Shown in pieces: positions 30,194 to 40,620 of a DNA stretch of 64,000 nucleotides (the stretch's first letter is position 1; every line of letters begins with the position of its first letter). The position numbers and the translations under genes were made by a program. Location: positions 416,001 to 480,000 of the forward strand of contig JALVSY010000016.1 of NCBI GenBank assembly GCA_027036135.1. Direction: 5' to 3'. The notes beneath the pieces are model-generated. The model was not told where the DNA came from. It did no database searches and was given only the letters and a program-made list of their open reading frames with translations. This DNA is from Pyrodictiaceae archaeon (lineage in GTDB: Archaea; Thermoproteota; Thermoprotei_A; Sulfolobales; Pyrodictiaceae).

Positions 30194-32470
30194 ATGAGGA
30201 GAGAGCAGAGGCTAGCACTACTAGTACTGGTGCTCGGCGTCTATCTGGTAAGCCTTTATGCCTTATACCAGCTGGGCTTATCAAAGACAATGAGGATAAA
30301 TGACTATATAAGCGATGAGTGCTGGTACATCTCCTCCGGCATAAATGTTGCGAGGAAGGTGCTAGGCCTCAGCATAGTCCCTAGGATTAACTCCTCCTAT
30401 GCAGAGTACACTATTGTCTATAACTCTAGTTGCGGTGTCGATGGTGCCCTCGACGAGGTCATAAGGTACGCTCCCCTGGCGCTCGTGGACAAGGTGGACT
30501 ATGACAAGATAGATGCATTCACCGTGCTGGTTCCATTAAACGAGACAAGGGGGATGAATGAGCTAGTCAAGCTAGCCAGCCAGGGCAACACTAGTTGTGT
30601 CAAGGACGTATTCCCAGGCATTCTCCCCGATGCAGAGGATGTAAACACTTATCTCAATACCGAGCACCCGCCCCTCGTCAAGTATGTCTTAGGTCTCCTT
30701 GCTTGGCACTATGGTTTCCGCTTCAGTGTTTTCCGGGTAGCGAGCTTCGTTATGGGTGCTCTAGCGCTATTATCAATAGCTCTGATAGTTTATCGCTCGT
30801 TGCTTGAGTGGCGTAGAGCAGCAATAGTAGCGATAGCTGTGCCGATACTTCTAGTAATTATGGATAAGTCCATCCAGGCCATGAGTTCGGTGGCCATGCT
30901 AGACATCTACGCTGCGAGCCTAGACGCGTTAGCAGCAGCGCTCATAGCCTATGACCGTGGCCTCTCAGCAGCTATTGCAATAGGGTTAGCGGCGTCAGCG
31001 AAATATACTGGCATATTCCCTCTCCCTGGGCTTCTACTCTATGAGAAGCTGCGAGGAGGCTCAACAAGGAAAATCCTTGCCGAGCTACTAATCCCGGTAG
31101 TGATTGTTTCCATCCTCTGGGTACCTTTCGCGATAAAATATGGCCTGAGCTGGGTAATTGATCAGATAATTGGAGCGATAAGATGGGACACTACTAGCCG
31201 TCCTTTAAATGGCCCGCCTTCAACTAATCCTCTTGGCTTATTGCTTGGCCGGAACGTCTTCATACTATATTATATTGGGAATAAGCCCTTCCTAGAGGCA
31301 GCTGCTCACCCTGCAGTCACGCTCCCAGCCCTAGTGCTCTCGTTGTTCGGGCTCCCCGGGCTACTCATAGCGGCTTGTAGAACGAGGCTCCCAAGATGGG
31401 GCGCGTGGGCAGCTGGCATAGCTACGATGTACTTATCGGCTATAGGCGGTTATGTCGCCGTCTATCTCGCAGGGAACCACACGCTCTACAGCTTCTACGG
31501 CGTACAGCTCTCGGTACTAGCAGGTGCTGTGCTAGCCTCCTACTACGCGTACATGGTTGCAGCCGACGAGTTATCCAAGGAGCCTATAAGAGAGTGCGCC
31601 TGCTCCCAAGCAGCCCAGTCATGGCTCCCCGTGCTATTAGTCACGACGGGTCTTGGCCTCGGGCTATGGCTATACAGGCTATATCCCCTGAGCCCCTTGA
31701 TTCCCGGAATAGAGCCCATAAGCACCTACGTATATAGCACACTAGGTAGCAAGATAGCGAAAATACTAGTAATCGCGGCCACGTGGCTCCTCTACTCCGC
31801 GATAGCCTATAGGATAAAAGGCCCAAGCCCGTGCAGCTGGAGGAAACTAGGAGCGCAAATCGCTACCTGGATACCCGTTGGCATGGCCTCCGTGGCGTCG
31901 CCAGTAGCACTCTTCGCCCCGATAGCCGCGCTGCTAACAATAGTTGAGAAGCCAGGAATAGTAGATGGGGTTGTCTCAGGGCTACTACTACCATTACCCG
32001 GCATAGGACTGGGCGGGAGAAGCAAGGGCTTCATACTAGGCTTCCTAGCAGGCTATGTTGCAGCACTGCTCCTAGTGATAAAGCCAAGCTACATAGAGAA
32101 CAATATAGCCGTAATAGTGGCAGCTGTTGTAGCGGGGCTCCTCATAGCCCTGCTACGAGACACGTACACAAGACTAGGCCTGGTAGCGATACCCTCTCCC
32201 TCTCTGATAGCAGCTATAGCTTCTCTCATAACGGTGTCCGAGAAGGCAAGCCTAGCAATCCTGCCACCACTATTCATTGTCGCTGCGGCAGCATACACTG
32301 GGAACAAGCTACTCGTACTAGCAGCGCCACCCGCGTTCATTGCGCTGTACCACTTGCTTAGAACCAGGCTAGTTACGTCAAAGGAGTCTTCTCCGGGCCT
32401 AGGCAGAGCTATTACCGGGGGAGACGATAACGAGTCCAGTGACGGCGAAAGCAGCGAGGCCCTAGCTTGA
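30194..32470 (+). CDS. Dolichyl-phosphate-mannose--protein mannosyltransferase-like (GT39/PMT family) membrane protein
   Basis: YISDE.WY, NTEHPPLVK, AMLD, GLAASAKYTG motifs typical of PMT-like GT-C enzymes. Confidence 0.75.
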   Translation: MRREQRLALLVLVLGVYLVSLYALYQLGLSKTMRINDYISDECWYISSGINVARKVLGLSIVPRINSSYAEYTIVYNSSCGVDGALDEVIRYAPLALVDKVDYDKIDAFTVLVPLNETRGMNELVKLASQGNTSCVKDVFPGILPDAEDVNTYLNTEHPPLVKYVLGLLAWHYGFRFSVFRVASFVMGALALLSIALIVYRSLLEWRRAAIVAIAVPILLVIMDKSIQAMSSVAMLDIYAASLDALAAALIAYDRGLSAAIAIGLAASAKYTGIFPLPGLLLYEKLRGGSTRKILAELLIPVVIVSILWVPFAIKYGLSWVIDQIIGAIRWDTTSRPLNGPPSTNPLGLLLGRNVFILYYIGNKPFLEAAAHPAVTLPALVLSLFGLPGLLIAACRTRLPRWGAWAAGIATMYLSAIGGYVAVYLAGNHTLYSFYGVQLSVLAGAVLASYYAYMVAADELSKEPIRECACSQAAQSWLPVLLVTTGLGLGLWLYRLYPLSPLIPGIEPISTYVYSTLGSKIAKILVIAATWLLYSAIAYRIKGPSPCSWRKLGAQIATWIPVGMASVASPVALFAPIAALLTIVEKPGIVDGVVSGLLLPLPGIGLGGRSKGFILGFLAGYVAALLLVIKPSYIENNIAVIVAAVVAGLLIALLRDTYTRLGLVAIPSPSLIAAIASLITVSEKASLAILPPLFIVAAAAYTGNKLLVLAAPPAFIALYHLLRTRLVTSKESSPGLGRAITGGDDNESSDGESSEALA

Positions 32471-33086
32471 CTCAGATGGTTTCTCATCCCCCTCTATCTC
32501 TATAACGTTCCCCATTATCTTGCTACTAGGCACTAATACCTTCTTGTCGCTGTCCATCAAGACAGTGTACATAACACCTATGTCCATCACTTTGCCCTTA
32601 GCCTTGGCCCCGGTACATTAATCAAGTTCCCTATCGTGAACGGTCTCGAGATCGCGATAAAGAGCCCCGCGAGGCATTCCCCGAACCTACTGGGAAGCGA
32701 AGCCAGCGTCCACGCCGAGGAAGCTTCCAAGAGCTATAGCAGCGGTAGTGTTCGCCTTGAACACGGACGCAGACGTTGTTACCAGCACGCCGTAACCTAT
32801 TATCCTCGTTATAGTCCTTATTAGCCTAGAAGGCTGGGGCCAGTAGCTGCAAAGAATGCCTCAGCTGCTTTCCCCAGGTACTCAAAATGACTATGCCTAG
32901 TCCCAGCACAATGCTAGCCTCAACGCATGCCTGGCTTCTTACCAAGAAGTTCTTCTCGGCGCTCGAGACATATGTTAGGAGAAACGAGGCCATAATTGTG
33001 ATCAGTATTGATGTAGCTATGTAGGGAGTGGCACGCTTAACGCCGTGCACACTTTTCTCAGCGCCCTCTATAACCTCGTTTAACAT
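32470..33086 (-). pseudogene. Small-conductance mechanosensitive channel (MscS family) pseudogene
   Basis: Fragments across frames with stops: GFASQ*, GLFIAISRPFTIGNLI, GKVMDIGVMYTVL, VLVPSSKI. Confidence 0.65.
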
Positions 33087-33228
33087 CTTTTTGTGCCTCT
33101 ATTGCTTGTTTGCTAATTCTCTTTAACCTTCTAATCCGTGAGCTGGGGCTGGTACTTTAGCCTGTCCCTAGGGTTTCAGAGAGATTGAATACCTCTTTGC
33201 CTTGGACCCCTCGGGATGAAAACTGTTA

Positions 33229-33242
33229 TTAACACGTGTTAA
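33229..33242. promoter_or_regulatory. Perfect 14-bp palindrome TTAACACGTGTTAA overlapping the TATA-like box upstream of nth
   Basis: Read directly from the sequence; ends 29 nt before ATG 33271. Confidence 0.45.
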
Positions 33243-33270
33243 CGGGAGAGTTATTGACTAGAGGGGGTGC

Positions 33271-34020
33271 ATGGCGGTGAAGAGTATAGCAGAGAAGGCT
33301 AATGGCGAAGAGGTCTACAAGAGGCTCGAGCAGGGCCTCAACCCCGACTGGCGCGAATACGTCGTACTCGTAGCCGATAAGCTCGACGGCGACAAGCATC
33401 CATTCGCGGTCCTAGCAGCCATAATCCTTAGCCAGAACACGAGCGACAAGAACTCAATCAAGGCCTACTACCAGCTCAGGGAAGCAATCGGGGTCTCCCC
33501 AGAAGCTATCCTGGAAGCACCCCTAGACAAACTAGTAGAGGCCATAAGGCCAGCAGGGCTACCTAACCAGAAAGCTAGGAGCCTCAAGGAAGCAGCCAAG
33601 AGGATACTCGAGGCAGGAGGCGAGCACATACTCCTAGAGATGCCCTGGGAGAAGCTAAGAGAATTCCTCCTCACAATACCCGGCGTAGGCGAGAAGACAG
33701 CAGATGTCTTCCTCTCGGTCAAGAGGCGAGCCCCAGTATTCGCAGTCGACACCCATGCTATGAGGATAGCTAAGCGCTGGGGCCTCGTACCACCCAACGC
33801 CGGGTACCGAGAGGTTTCCCGTGCCCTCCTAGAGTTCTTCGGGCCAGAGAAGAGTGAGGAGGCTCATCGCCTCATAATAGCGCTTGGTAGGAGGTATTGT
33901 AGGGCTCGCAACCCCTTGTGCAACGAGTGCCCGCTAAGAGACATATGTCCAAAGATAGGGGTAAAAGAGGCAGAGCGGAAGAGACCAGCTATGCCTCGGC
34001 AGCTCTCCTCACGAGGCTAG
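33271..34020 (+). CDS. nth: Endonuclease III (HhH-GPD DNA glycosylase, 4Fe-4S)
   Basis: ILSQNT, IPGVGEKTA HhH motif, VDTH, CRARNPLCNECPLRDIC cluster motif. Confidence 0.93.
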   Translation: MAVKSIAEKANGEEVYKRLEQGLNPDWREYVVLVADKLDGDKHPFAVLAAIILSQNTSDKNSIKAYYQLREAIGVSPEAILEAPLDKLVEAIRPAGLPNQKARSLKEAAKRILEAGGEHILLEMPWEKLREFLLTIPGVGEKTADVFLSVKRRAPVFAVDTHAMRIAKRWGLVPPNAGYREVSRALLEFFGPEKSEEAHRLIIALGRRYCRARNPLCNECPLRDICPKIGVKEAERKRPAMPRQLSSRG

Positions 34021-35402
34021 CAACGATATAGGCTGTGGTGGAGACCGTTATCGTTATCGTGAAGCTCAGCATGAATACATCGAGGAGAAGCACTGGCGGC
34101 CTTACATGAGCGATGCTGGCCCCTACCCTGGCCACGGCTATCGCGAGAGCAGTCGCTGCACCGGCGAGCGCCGAGGCCCTTGCCGCTACGGGGTCGCGGT
34201 GCCCAAACACGGCTGCAAGCACTGGTACTAGTAGTGCTCCAGCGGTGAGACTCCACCCTGCTTTGAACACTCCCGTTAACGCGGTATAGATTGTCTTAGG
34301 GAGCGAGAGCACGGCTATGGCTGCTAGAGTCGCTGCAACAACTACCCCCGCACTAGCGAGCCGGAGCCTACCTGGGTCACGGCTACCAGCAGCATCGTAG
34401 ACGAGGGCACTAGCCGCGGTAAGTGCTACCGAGTCAGCAGTACTCATTGCCGCAGCTAAGACAGCTGCAGCGAGCACAGCCAGCCCTGGCTCACCAAGCA
34501 GCCTCGCCACTAGCGATGGCAATGCATCTATCGGCTTGCTTGGCGACGCCAATTGGTGCGCGGCTAGCCCTGCTAGGAAAGAACCAAGAGCAACAATAAA
34601 AGCGAAAAGTGTTGCCAGCCCCGTTGCCCTCCTAACAGCCCGTGTATTCGGAACAGTATAGAACCTGTTAAGCAGCTGCGGCAGCCCCCATACAGCGAGG
34701 CTCGTGAGCAACGCTAAGTCGATTATGAGCAGTGGGCTTGGCGGCTTAGCTGTTACAGCGTCTAGGCTAGCTGGCCCAGCCTTGCCCAGTGCTAGGAAGG
34801 CTACCACGCCGACTATGCTAGCCATTATCACTCCCTGGAGTACATCGGTGAGCACTACGCTATACATGCCGTCGAGAGCCACGTAGCCCGCGAGCACAGC
34901 AGCTATGATTGCAGCAGAGACCCCTAGCCCTATGTGCAGGGCGCTACTAAGCACCACTGCTACCCCGCCAGCCACTGTAACGAGGTATAGTAGTAGCCCG
35001 ATAGAGACCGTGATACCTAAGTAGTCTCTGAAGCCCCTTGTCGCCGTGAAGCCTCGCCACGAGCTCTGGTATAGTGAGTGCATCAAGCATCCTGCCCAGC
35101 TTGTTAACCCTCTCGCCAACAACGATGAATGCGAGTAGAGCCCCTATCGCTATGTTCGCTAACGGTATGACCAGGGACAATGGGCCCCAGGCATACGCCC
35201 ACGAGCTACCAACAATCATCACTACGCTAGAGAAATACGTAGCGCCGAAGGTGAATGCGAGCATCCAGTCCCTCATAGACCGGTGGGCTACCAGGAAGCC
35301 CTTGAGCGACGCAGCCTTGTCCTTGACAGCAACGCCTATAGCGAGGCTAGCAGCTAGGTATGCAGCAACCACACTACTAGTATCCAACGGAAGCGGCGGC
35401 AT
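33989..35402 (-). pseudogene. Sodium:solute symporter (SSS family), frameshifted
   Basis: GATYFSS, TIPE, VVLTDVLQG, WGLPQLLNRF, AAAMSTADS motifs split by a 1-nt insertion near 35020. Confidence 0.8.
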
Positions 35403-35408
35403 AGGGTC

Positions 35409-35495
35409 TCAATCCTCCTCTTCAACTGGTAAGAGGCTGTAAACGAACCCAGCGACAACAAGTAGTAAGCCGAGAACAATCGCAGCGATGACCAT
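35409..35495 (-). CDS. Small single-TM peptide, putative symporter accessory protein (28 aa, not in ORF track)
   Basis: MVIAAIVLGLLLVVAGFVYSLLPVEEED; preceded by GAGGTGA SD; sits between paaK and the SSS gene. Confidence 0.55.
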   Translation of the reverse strand: MVIAAIVLGLLLVVAGFVYSLLPVEEED

Positions 35496-35502
35496 TCCTT
35501 GC

Positions 35503-36823
35503 TCACCTCCTCTTATCAATAACCCTCTTGGCCTTTCCTCCCTCTCCGCGCGGAAGCTCGCCAGGCTCGACAATAATTACTCGTGGATTCACAATGATTG
35601 ACTCCCTTAGCCTCTCTTGTAGCCTCCTAGCTAGCTCTCTCTTCTCCTCATCGCTTAGCTTCTTAGCAGCCTCTACCACTACGGCGAGCTTGTCCATGGA
35701 GTCCTCTCGCTCAACTATTACCTGGTAATAGGGGGCAGCTAGTGGCTCCGATAACACAATCATCTCTATGGTCTGCGGGAACACGTTAACACCATTAATT
35801 ATCAACATGTCGTCTGCCCTTCCCTTTATCCTGGCAATCCTCTTCATGGTTCTCCCACAGTCACAGCTCCTTGCATCAAGGATGAACGTTAAGTCATTAG
35901 TCCAGTACCTTATCAGCGGCATAGCATCATGGGTTAGTGGCGTGACAACCAGGACACCTTCCTCCTCCGGCTCGAGTGGCTCCCCGGTCTTTGGGATCAA
36001 CTACCTCGACTAAGTAGTGGTCCTCCCATACATGGAGCCCGTCGTGAAAATGGCAGTCAACAGCTGTGCCCGGTCCATAGAGCTCACTCATACCATACAC
36101 ATCATAGCTATCCATGTCCCACAGCCTGTTAATCCTCCTTCTCATCTCCTCGCTCCACATCTCTGCCCCGAAGAACCCGAGCCTAACCCCGGTATCATGG
36201 GCAGGATCAACACCCATCTCCAGCGCGGTCTCCGCAAGCCTTATCGCATAATTAGGCACAGCGGCGAGAGCCGTGGCGCCTAGGTCACGTATCATCTGTA
36301 CATGGCGCCTCGTGTACCCAGGACCAGCAGGCACTATCGTAGCTCCTAGGCGCATTGCTCCATAATGGAATCCTAGGCCACCAGTAAACCAGTGATAATT
36401 GAGTGTAGAGTACAATACATCCCCGCGAGCAAGACCACCAGCGGCGAAGGTGCGGGCCATGAGCTCTGCCCAGTTCTCTAGATCTCTTCTCGTATAGGCA
36501 ACAACAGTGGGTCTACCAGTCGTGCCACTACTCGCATGAACCTCTAGTACCTCGCTAAGTGGGACAGCTAGTAAGCCAAAGGGGTACTCTCTGCGTAGAT
36601 CATCCTTGAAGGTGAAGGGGAGCCTCCTTATATCCTCTAGGCTCTTGATATCCTCGGGGCTTATCCCTGCCTCCTTCATCCTCTTCCTATAGAGCGGCAC
36701 ATACTCGTATGCGCGCTTTACGGTTAGCCTTAGCCTCTCTAGCTGTATCTTCTCTATCTCTTCGCGCGAGGCAGACTCTATACTAGGCTGTAACATGTAG
36801 GGCTTCACAAGCATAATTACCAC
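35503..36823 (-). pseudogene. paaK: Phenylacetate-CoA ligase-like (PaaK family), single frameshift
   Basis: HASSGTTGRP, YGMSE, DGLHVWEDH, MPLIRY, GRADDMLIINGVNVFP motifs; one extra A in GATCCCAAAGACC (~35990) breaks VDPKTGEP. Confidence 0.85.
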
Positions 36824-37179
36824 CTAGAACACGTAGTGCTTATAGAATTGGCGCAGCAAGGACCTTGGCGAGAATATGCTCTACTAGTCTCTTCTCTACA
36901 AAAACACGGTAGATACAGTCCTACATTAGGTATTGATATTGGTGCAAGGGACTCACCCCATTTATCGCCATTGGGGCATCGGAGCCACCTCCCTCACATA
37001 GCGACATAGGGGTATAGAGTATGGGGTGTACTAGTCAAAGGCTGGTCTACATGCTCACCCTAGCCGGGTATTTAAGGCTTACCCAGGTAACCGATACAGA
37101 AACCGTCACGTGTTTTTAGACGCGTGGCACTACTCCTTATCTGGGAATGTGCCCTCCAGCCAAGAGGTAGGGGAGATGC

Positions 37180-37554
37180 TTGGAGCCGAGACTCTATCCC
37201 AACGAGTGCGTAAAGAGGGTAGTAGCGTTCGTGCCTAAGGGGCATCTCCATGCACGCTTCATTATAGAGCTATGTGACCAGACCCTAGTGCTCCACGAAG
37301 CGGCTGTCGCGGGGCTTGTACGAGCATTTGCCTCGGTAGCGCTACACCCAACCAGGGTAGCGGTAGAACTCGTGTCGAAGAGGCTCTCTAAGGACGAGAA
37401 GAAACCAGTGTTTGCTGAGTGGCAGCTAATAGACACGGGGAGAGACGAGGAGGCTGTCCAGGAGGAAGCAGAGAGAATCTGGGCCAACGCCTCTATACCA
37501 GGGTGCTGCACCAAGAACCGAGGCGAGGAGAGACAGTCTGCGACGAGGCCCTAA
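37180..37554 (+). CDS. Conserved hypothetical protein
   Basis: 124-aa ORF with SD-like sequence upstream; PKGHLHAR...LHEA motifs; function unknown. Confidence 0.65.
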   Translation: MEPRLYPNECVKRVVAFVPKGHLHARFIIELCDQTLVLHEAAVAGLVRAFASVALHPTRVAVELVSKRLSKDEKKPVFAEWQLIDTGRDEEAVQEEAERIWANASIPGCCTKNRGEERQSATRP

Positions 37555-37994
37555 TGTACAGTTTCTTGCTCACTGCATAGCTTTAGCGAGTAGAGCTTCC
37601 TATTACCATGATCCTCGCTAACAACTACCCCTCTTTCCTCGAGTAGATGAAGCTTTTCACGCACTATTCGGCGAGAAGCACTACCCCTCAACTCCCTCAC
37701 GAGCCGAGTTATTTCGCTAATACTCCTAGGCCTGCAATCAGCCAAGACCTCGACAATAGCTCTTGAGATAGGATCGTTCACAAATCGATAAGCTTCAACA
37801 ACGCGCCTAGCAGCCTCCACAGCCCTCATGGCTGGCATAGAGAACGCGATAGCAAGCCTAGAAGCAACCAACGCCTCCTCGCTCATAGAGCCCAGCAACT
37901 CCTCCAGGCGCTCGAGCCTCTGAAGAGTCTCAGCCAATAATTCCTCAAGCCTTCTCAGCCTCTCCTCAATGCTGGACAAGGAGCCAGCCTCCAT
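37551..37994 (-). CDS. Coiled-coil plus winged-HTH (ArsR-like) transcriptional regulator
   Basis: DPISRAIVEVL...SISEITR...SRRIVREKL..LEERGVV. Confidence 0.75.
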   Translation of the reverse strand: MEAGSLSSIEERLRRLEELLAETLQRLERLEELLGSMSEEALVASRLAIAFSMPAMRAVEAARRVVEAYRFVNDPISRAIVEVLADCRPRSISEITRLVRELRGSASRRIVREKLHLLEERGVVVSEDHGNRKLYSLKLCSEQETVH

Positions 37995-38065
37995 GGCTTC
38001 CTCAAAGAAAGTTTATTAATATTAATTAAATAAGTTATGCATAAAATAGATAGGATTATGGGAGC

Positions 38066-38539
38066 TTATTGCTCCTCGCTATCCCCCTTCTTTCCTTCCT
38101 CTTCGCCCTCTATACTTATCTCGTAGCCTTCGCCCTTTTCCTTCTTCTCTAGCCGTACTATCTTCGGCTTACCCTCGGTCTTTGCAATGATTACTGGTGG
38201 AGGGGCTCCGCCAGCTATGGTACCTCCACTTATGGATTTTTGGAGCATCTCTATGAAGCTCGAGACTTTCGGGATGGCCTCTAGCTTTGCCTCGAGGAAC
38301 CTCTGCGTAAGCTCGTAGGCCTTGTCGGGCGGCATACCGCTCTCTACAAGGCTCTTGTACATCTGCGCGATTTCCCTACCGAGTTTCTCTCCATCAAAGC
38401 TCTTGCTCAGTGTATCAAGGAACTCTTTTACCAGGTCCTTTATCTGGTACATGAACTCCGCAACGGTTCCGAGCACTTGTCTCAGCTCCTCAACGTCCTC
38501 TGAGTCCTTGGGCTGCGTGGGCTTCTTTTCCTCGGACAC
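38066..38539 (-). CDS. Hypothetical helical protein
   Basis: GTG start after GAGGTGA SD; contains YKSLVESGMPPDKAYEL motif. Confidence 0.7.
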   Translation of the reverse strand: MSEEKKPTQPKDSEDVEELRQVLGTVAEFMYQIKDLVKEFLDTLSKSFDGEKLGREIAQMYKSLVESGMPPDKAYELTQRFLEAKLEAIPKVSSFIEMLQKSISGGTIAGGAPPPVIIAKTEGKPKIVRLEKKEKGEGYEISIEGEEEGKKGDSEEQ

Positions 38540-38599
38540 GTGGACTTCACCTCTTTCTCGTTCTCCGTCAAGTATCTAGTAGGGCCTTGTTCACCCTAG

Positions 38600-38908
38600 T
38601 CAATTCTCCGTCTTCAGAGTGGCCAGTGAGTGGCCTCTCCGAGCCTCGAGCCCGAGGAGGTTGAGGAGCCCAGGGATTCTCGGGCGCTGCTTCTCCAAGA
38701 AAGCCGAGTAGATCGAGGCCAGGGCTTCGCGGTACTCTCTAGGCATCCCTGTCCGAGCTAGTTGCGAGGAGAATGCTCTTCTCCATCTCCAGTACCTTAA
38801 CCGGAAACGTAGCGCGGTGAGCCGGAGAGAAACGTAGAGCGCTAGGGCTCCGAGGAGTAGCTTGGTTGAGGCCCATAGTATTGCTAGTAGCCTTGTCCTC
38901 CGAGCCAA
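38600..38908 (-). CDS. Hypothetical membrane-anchored protein
   Basis: N-terminal hydrophobic helix; LARTGMPREYREAL motif. Confidence 0.6.
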   Translation of the reverse strand: MARRTRLLAILWASTKLLLGALALYVSLRLTALRFRLRYWRWRRAFSSQLARTGMPREYREALASIYSAFLEKQRPRIPGLLNLLGLEARRGHSLATLKTEN

Positions 38909-38965
38909 AGCTATTACTCCGCGTAAACAGTGCTCCTCGGTACTCTATAGTAGTTATTCCTCGTT

Positions 38966-40378
38966 CTACGCTGGGCCCGTTTCTTTATGCTCCTCTATTA
39001 TTGGCCTTGTCCACGAGCCATATAGGAGCCATAGTAGCGCTGCTAGCCCTGTCACGTAGTTACTTATAGCCATGCCGAGCCATAGACCCTTCTCCCCCAT
39101 CCCCATCTTATATGCTAGTAGCCATGATAGGGGTACCCTCATTCCCCAGAGCCTTGTAGCGCCGAGGGCTGATACGAAGAATGTCCTACCACTGCTCCTC
39201 GCAACAGTGTTTGCCAACATGAATAACGTGAAGCCAAGGGTGCTCGGAGCAAATATGTGGAGCATATCAACAGTTATCCTCACAACGTCTGGATCATGGC
39301 TAAATATAGTTGCGAATGGTTTCGCATAGATCATTATTACTATTATGAACTCTGTGACTGCTAGGAGGAGTGTCGTGAGCCCTGTCCAGAGAGCCTTCCT
39401 CGCTCTCTCTATCATTCTTGCTCCAAGTGCCTGTGCTACGACGATGCCTGTTGCTCTCCCGAAGGGCATCGATATTATGCGGTCAAAGCCTATGACCACT
39501 TGGCCTATAGAGTATGCTGCTAGGACATCGGTGCCTAGCCCAGATACTATGCCAGCCATAGTCATGAAGCCAAGGGTTATTGCTAGTCTCTGCCCTATCT
39601 GTGGAAGCGAGACATGCATGGCTAGGCGCACATAGGTTCTCCGGGGCGCCAGGTCCGTTAGGGAGAGCTTCACGCCGTGCCTACCATGGGCAAAGCTGTG
39701 TATTGCATAGCTAGCAGAGAATATCCTAGCGAAGAGCGTTGCTAGTGCTGCCCCGAGTATCCCTAGACGTGGTAGCCCGAGGAGGCCGAATATCAGCACG
39801 GGGTCTAGGACCATGTTTATCAGCGTAGCAGCTATACCTACCTTCATCGGGGTCCTTGTGTCACCTACCGCGCTCATGGTCATTGTGAAGAATAGATATA
39901 TCGCGGCAAACGGTATACCGGTAGCAAGCACTGTTAGATAAATATACGCTAGTGGCCTAACATCGCTGGGCACGTGTATAGCCGATAAATAAGTATTAGC
40001 TGTAGCTATAATGACTAGTGCTCCTGGTATCGTTATGGCGAGCATTAATCCGAGAACAGTGCCCGCAGCCTCTCGCGCCTCCCGGTACCTCGCGGCCCCG
40101 ATGTATTGGCCCACTAGTGCAGAGACGCTGCTAGCGAGCCCAAATGATACACCGAATAATATGTCGGGATAGGGCCAGGACACTATAGGTGCTCCGAGAG
40201 CGGCTTTGCCGAGCCTAGAAAGCCAGAAGGTATCAACTATCTCATAGATAGTATTGATGCCCATGGAGAGCATGAGTGGCGCAGCGAGCCACAATATGAG
40301 CTTGAATATGTTGGGCTCGGTGAGTACCTTCTCGCGTAGACTCTTAATCCTGGCACCCATGTCGCCGCTATGCGACAA
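38966..40378 (-). CDS. MATE family efflux transporter
   Basis: VDTFWLSRLG, GDTRTPM, NMVLDP.LIFG, GILGAALAT motifs. Confidence 0.92.
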   Translation of the reverse strand: MSHSGDMGARIKSLREKVLTEPNIFKLILWLAAPLMLSMGINTIYEIVDTFWLSRLGKAALGAPIVSWPYPDILFGVSFGLASSVSALVGQYIGAARYREAREAAGTVLGLMLAITIPGALVIIATANTYLSAIHVPSDVRPLAYIYLTVLATGIPFAAIYLFFTMTMSAVGDTRTPMKVGIAATLINMVLDPVLIFGLLGLPRLGILGAALATLFARIFSASYAIHSFAHGRHGVKLSLTDLAPRRTYVRLAMHVSLPQIGQRLAITLGFMTMAGIVSGLGTDVLAAYSIGQVVIGFDRIISMPFGRATGIVVAQALGARMIERARKALWTGLTTLLLAVTEFIIVIMIYAKPFATIFSHDPDVVRITVDMLHIFAPSTLGFTLFMLANTVARSSGRTFFVSALGATRLWGMRVPLSWLLAYKMGMGEKGLWLGMAISNYVTGLAALLWLLYGSWTRPIIEEHKETGPA

Positions 40379-40620
40379 TTCCCTGCTCCACCACTATCAA
40401 TTATTGCTTCAACGGCTCATCGCCTAGACAGTGCAGGCCTCTACGAGGTGCTGTAGAGGATTTGGTGATGTAAGAAGCCTCCAGTCAGCATAGGGACAGA
40501 CAAGGCCTATATATGCAGAGCCAAGAACAGTACCCAGCGTAGTCCTAGACGCGCAAAATGCGCGGCAAAGACGAGGAGGACTACAAAAAGAGTTGCATTA
40601 TTTACCAGGTAGGGGGGAGG

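Noticed and set aside
36830-37175. Long intergenic region with short G/C stems as a possible ncRNA or riboswitch
   Set aside because: Only 4-5-bp stems and no recognisable family motif; explainable as divergent promoters
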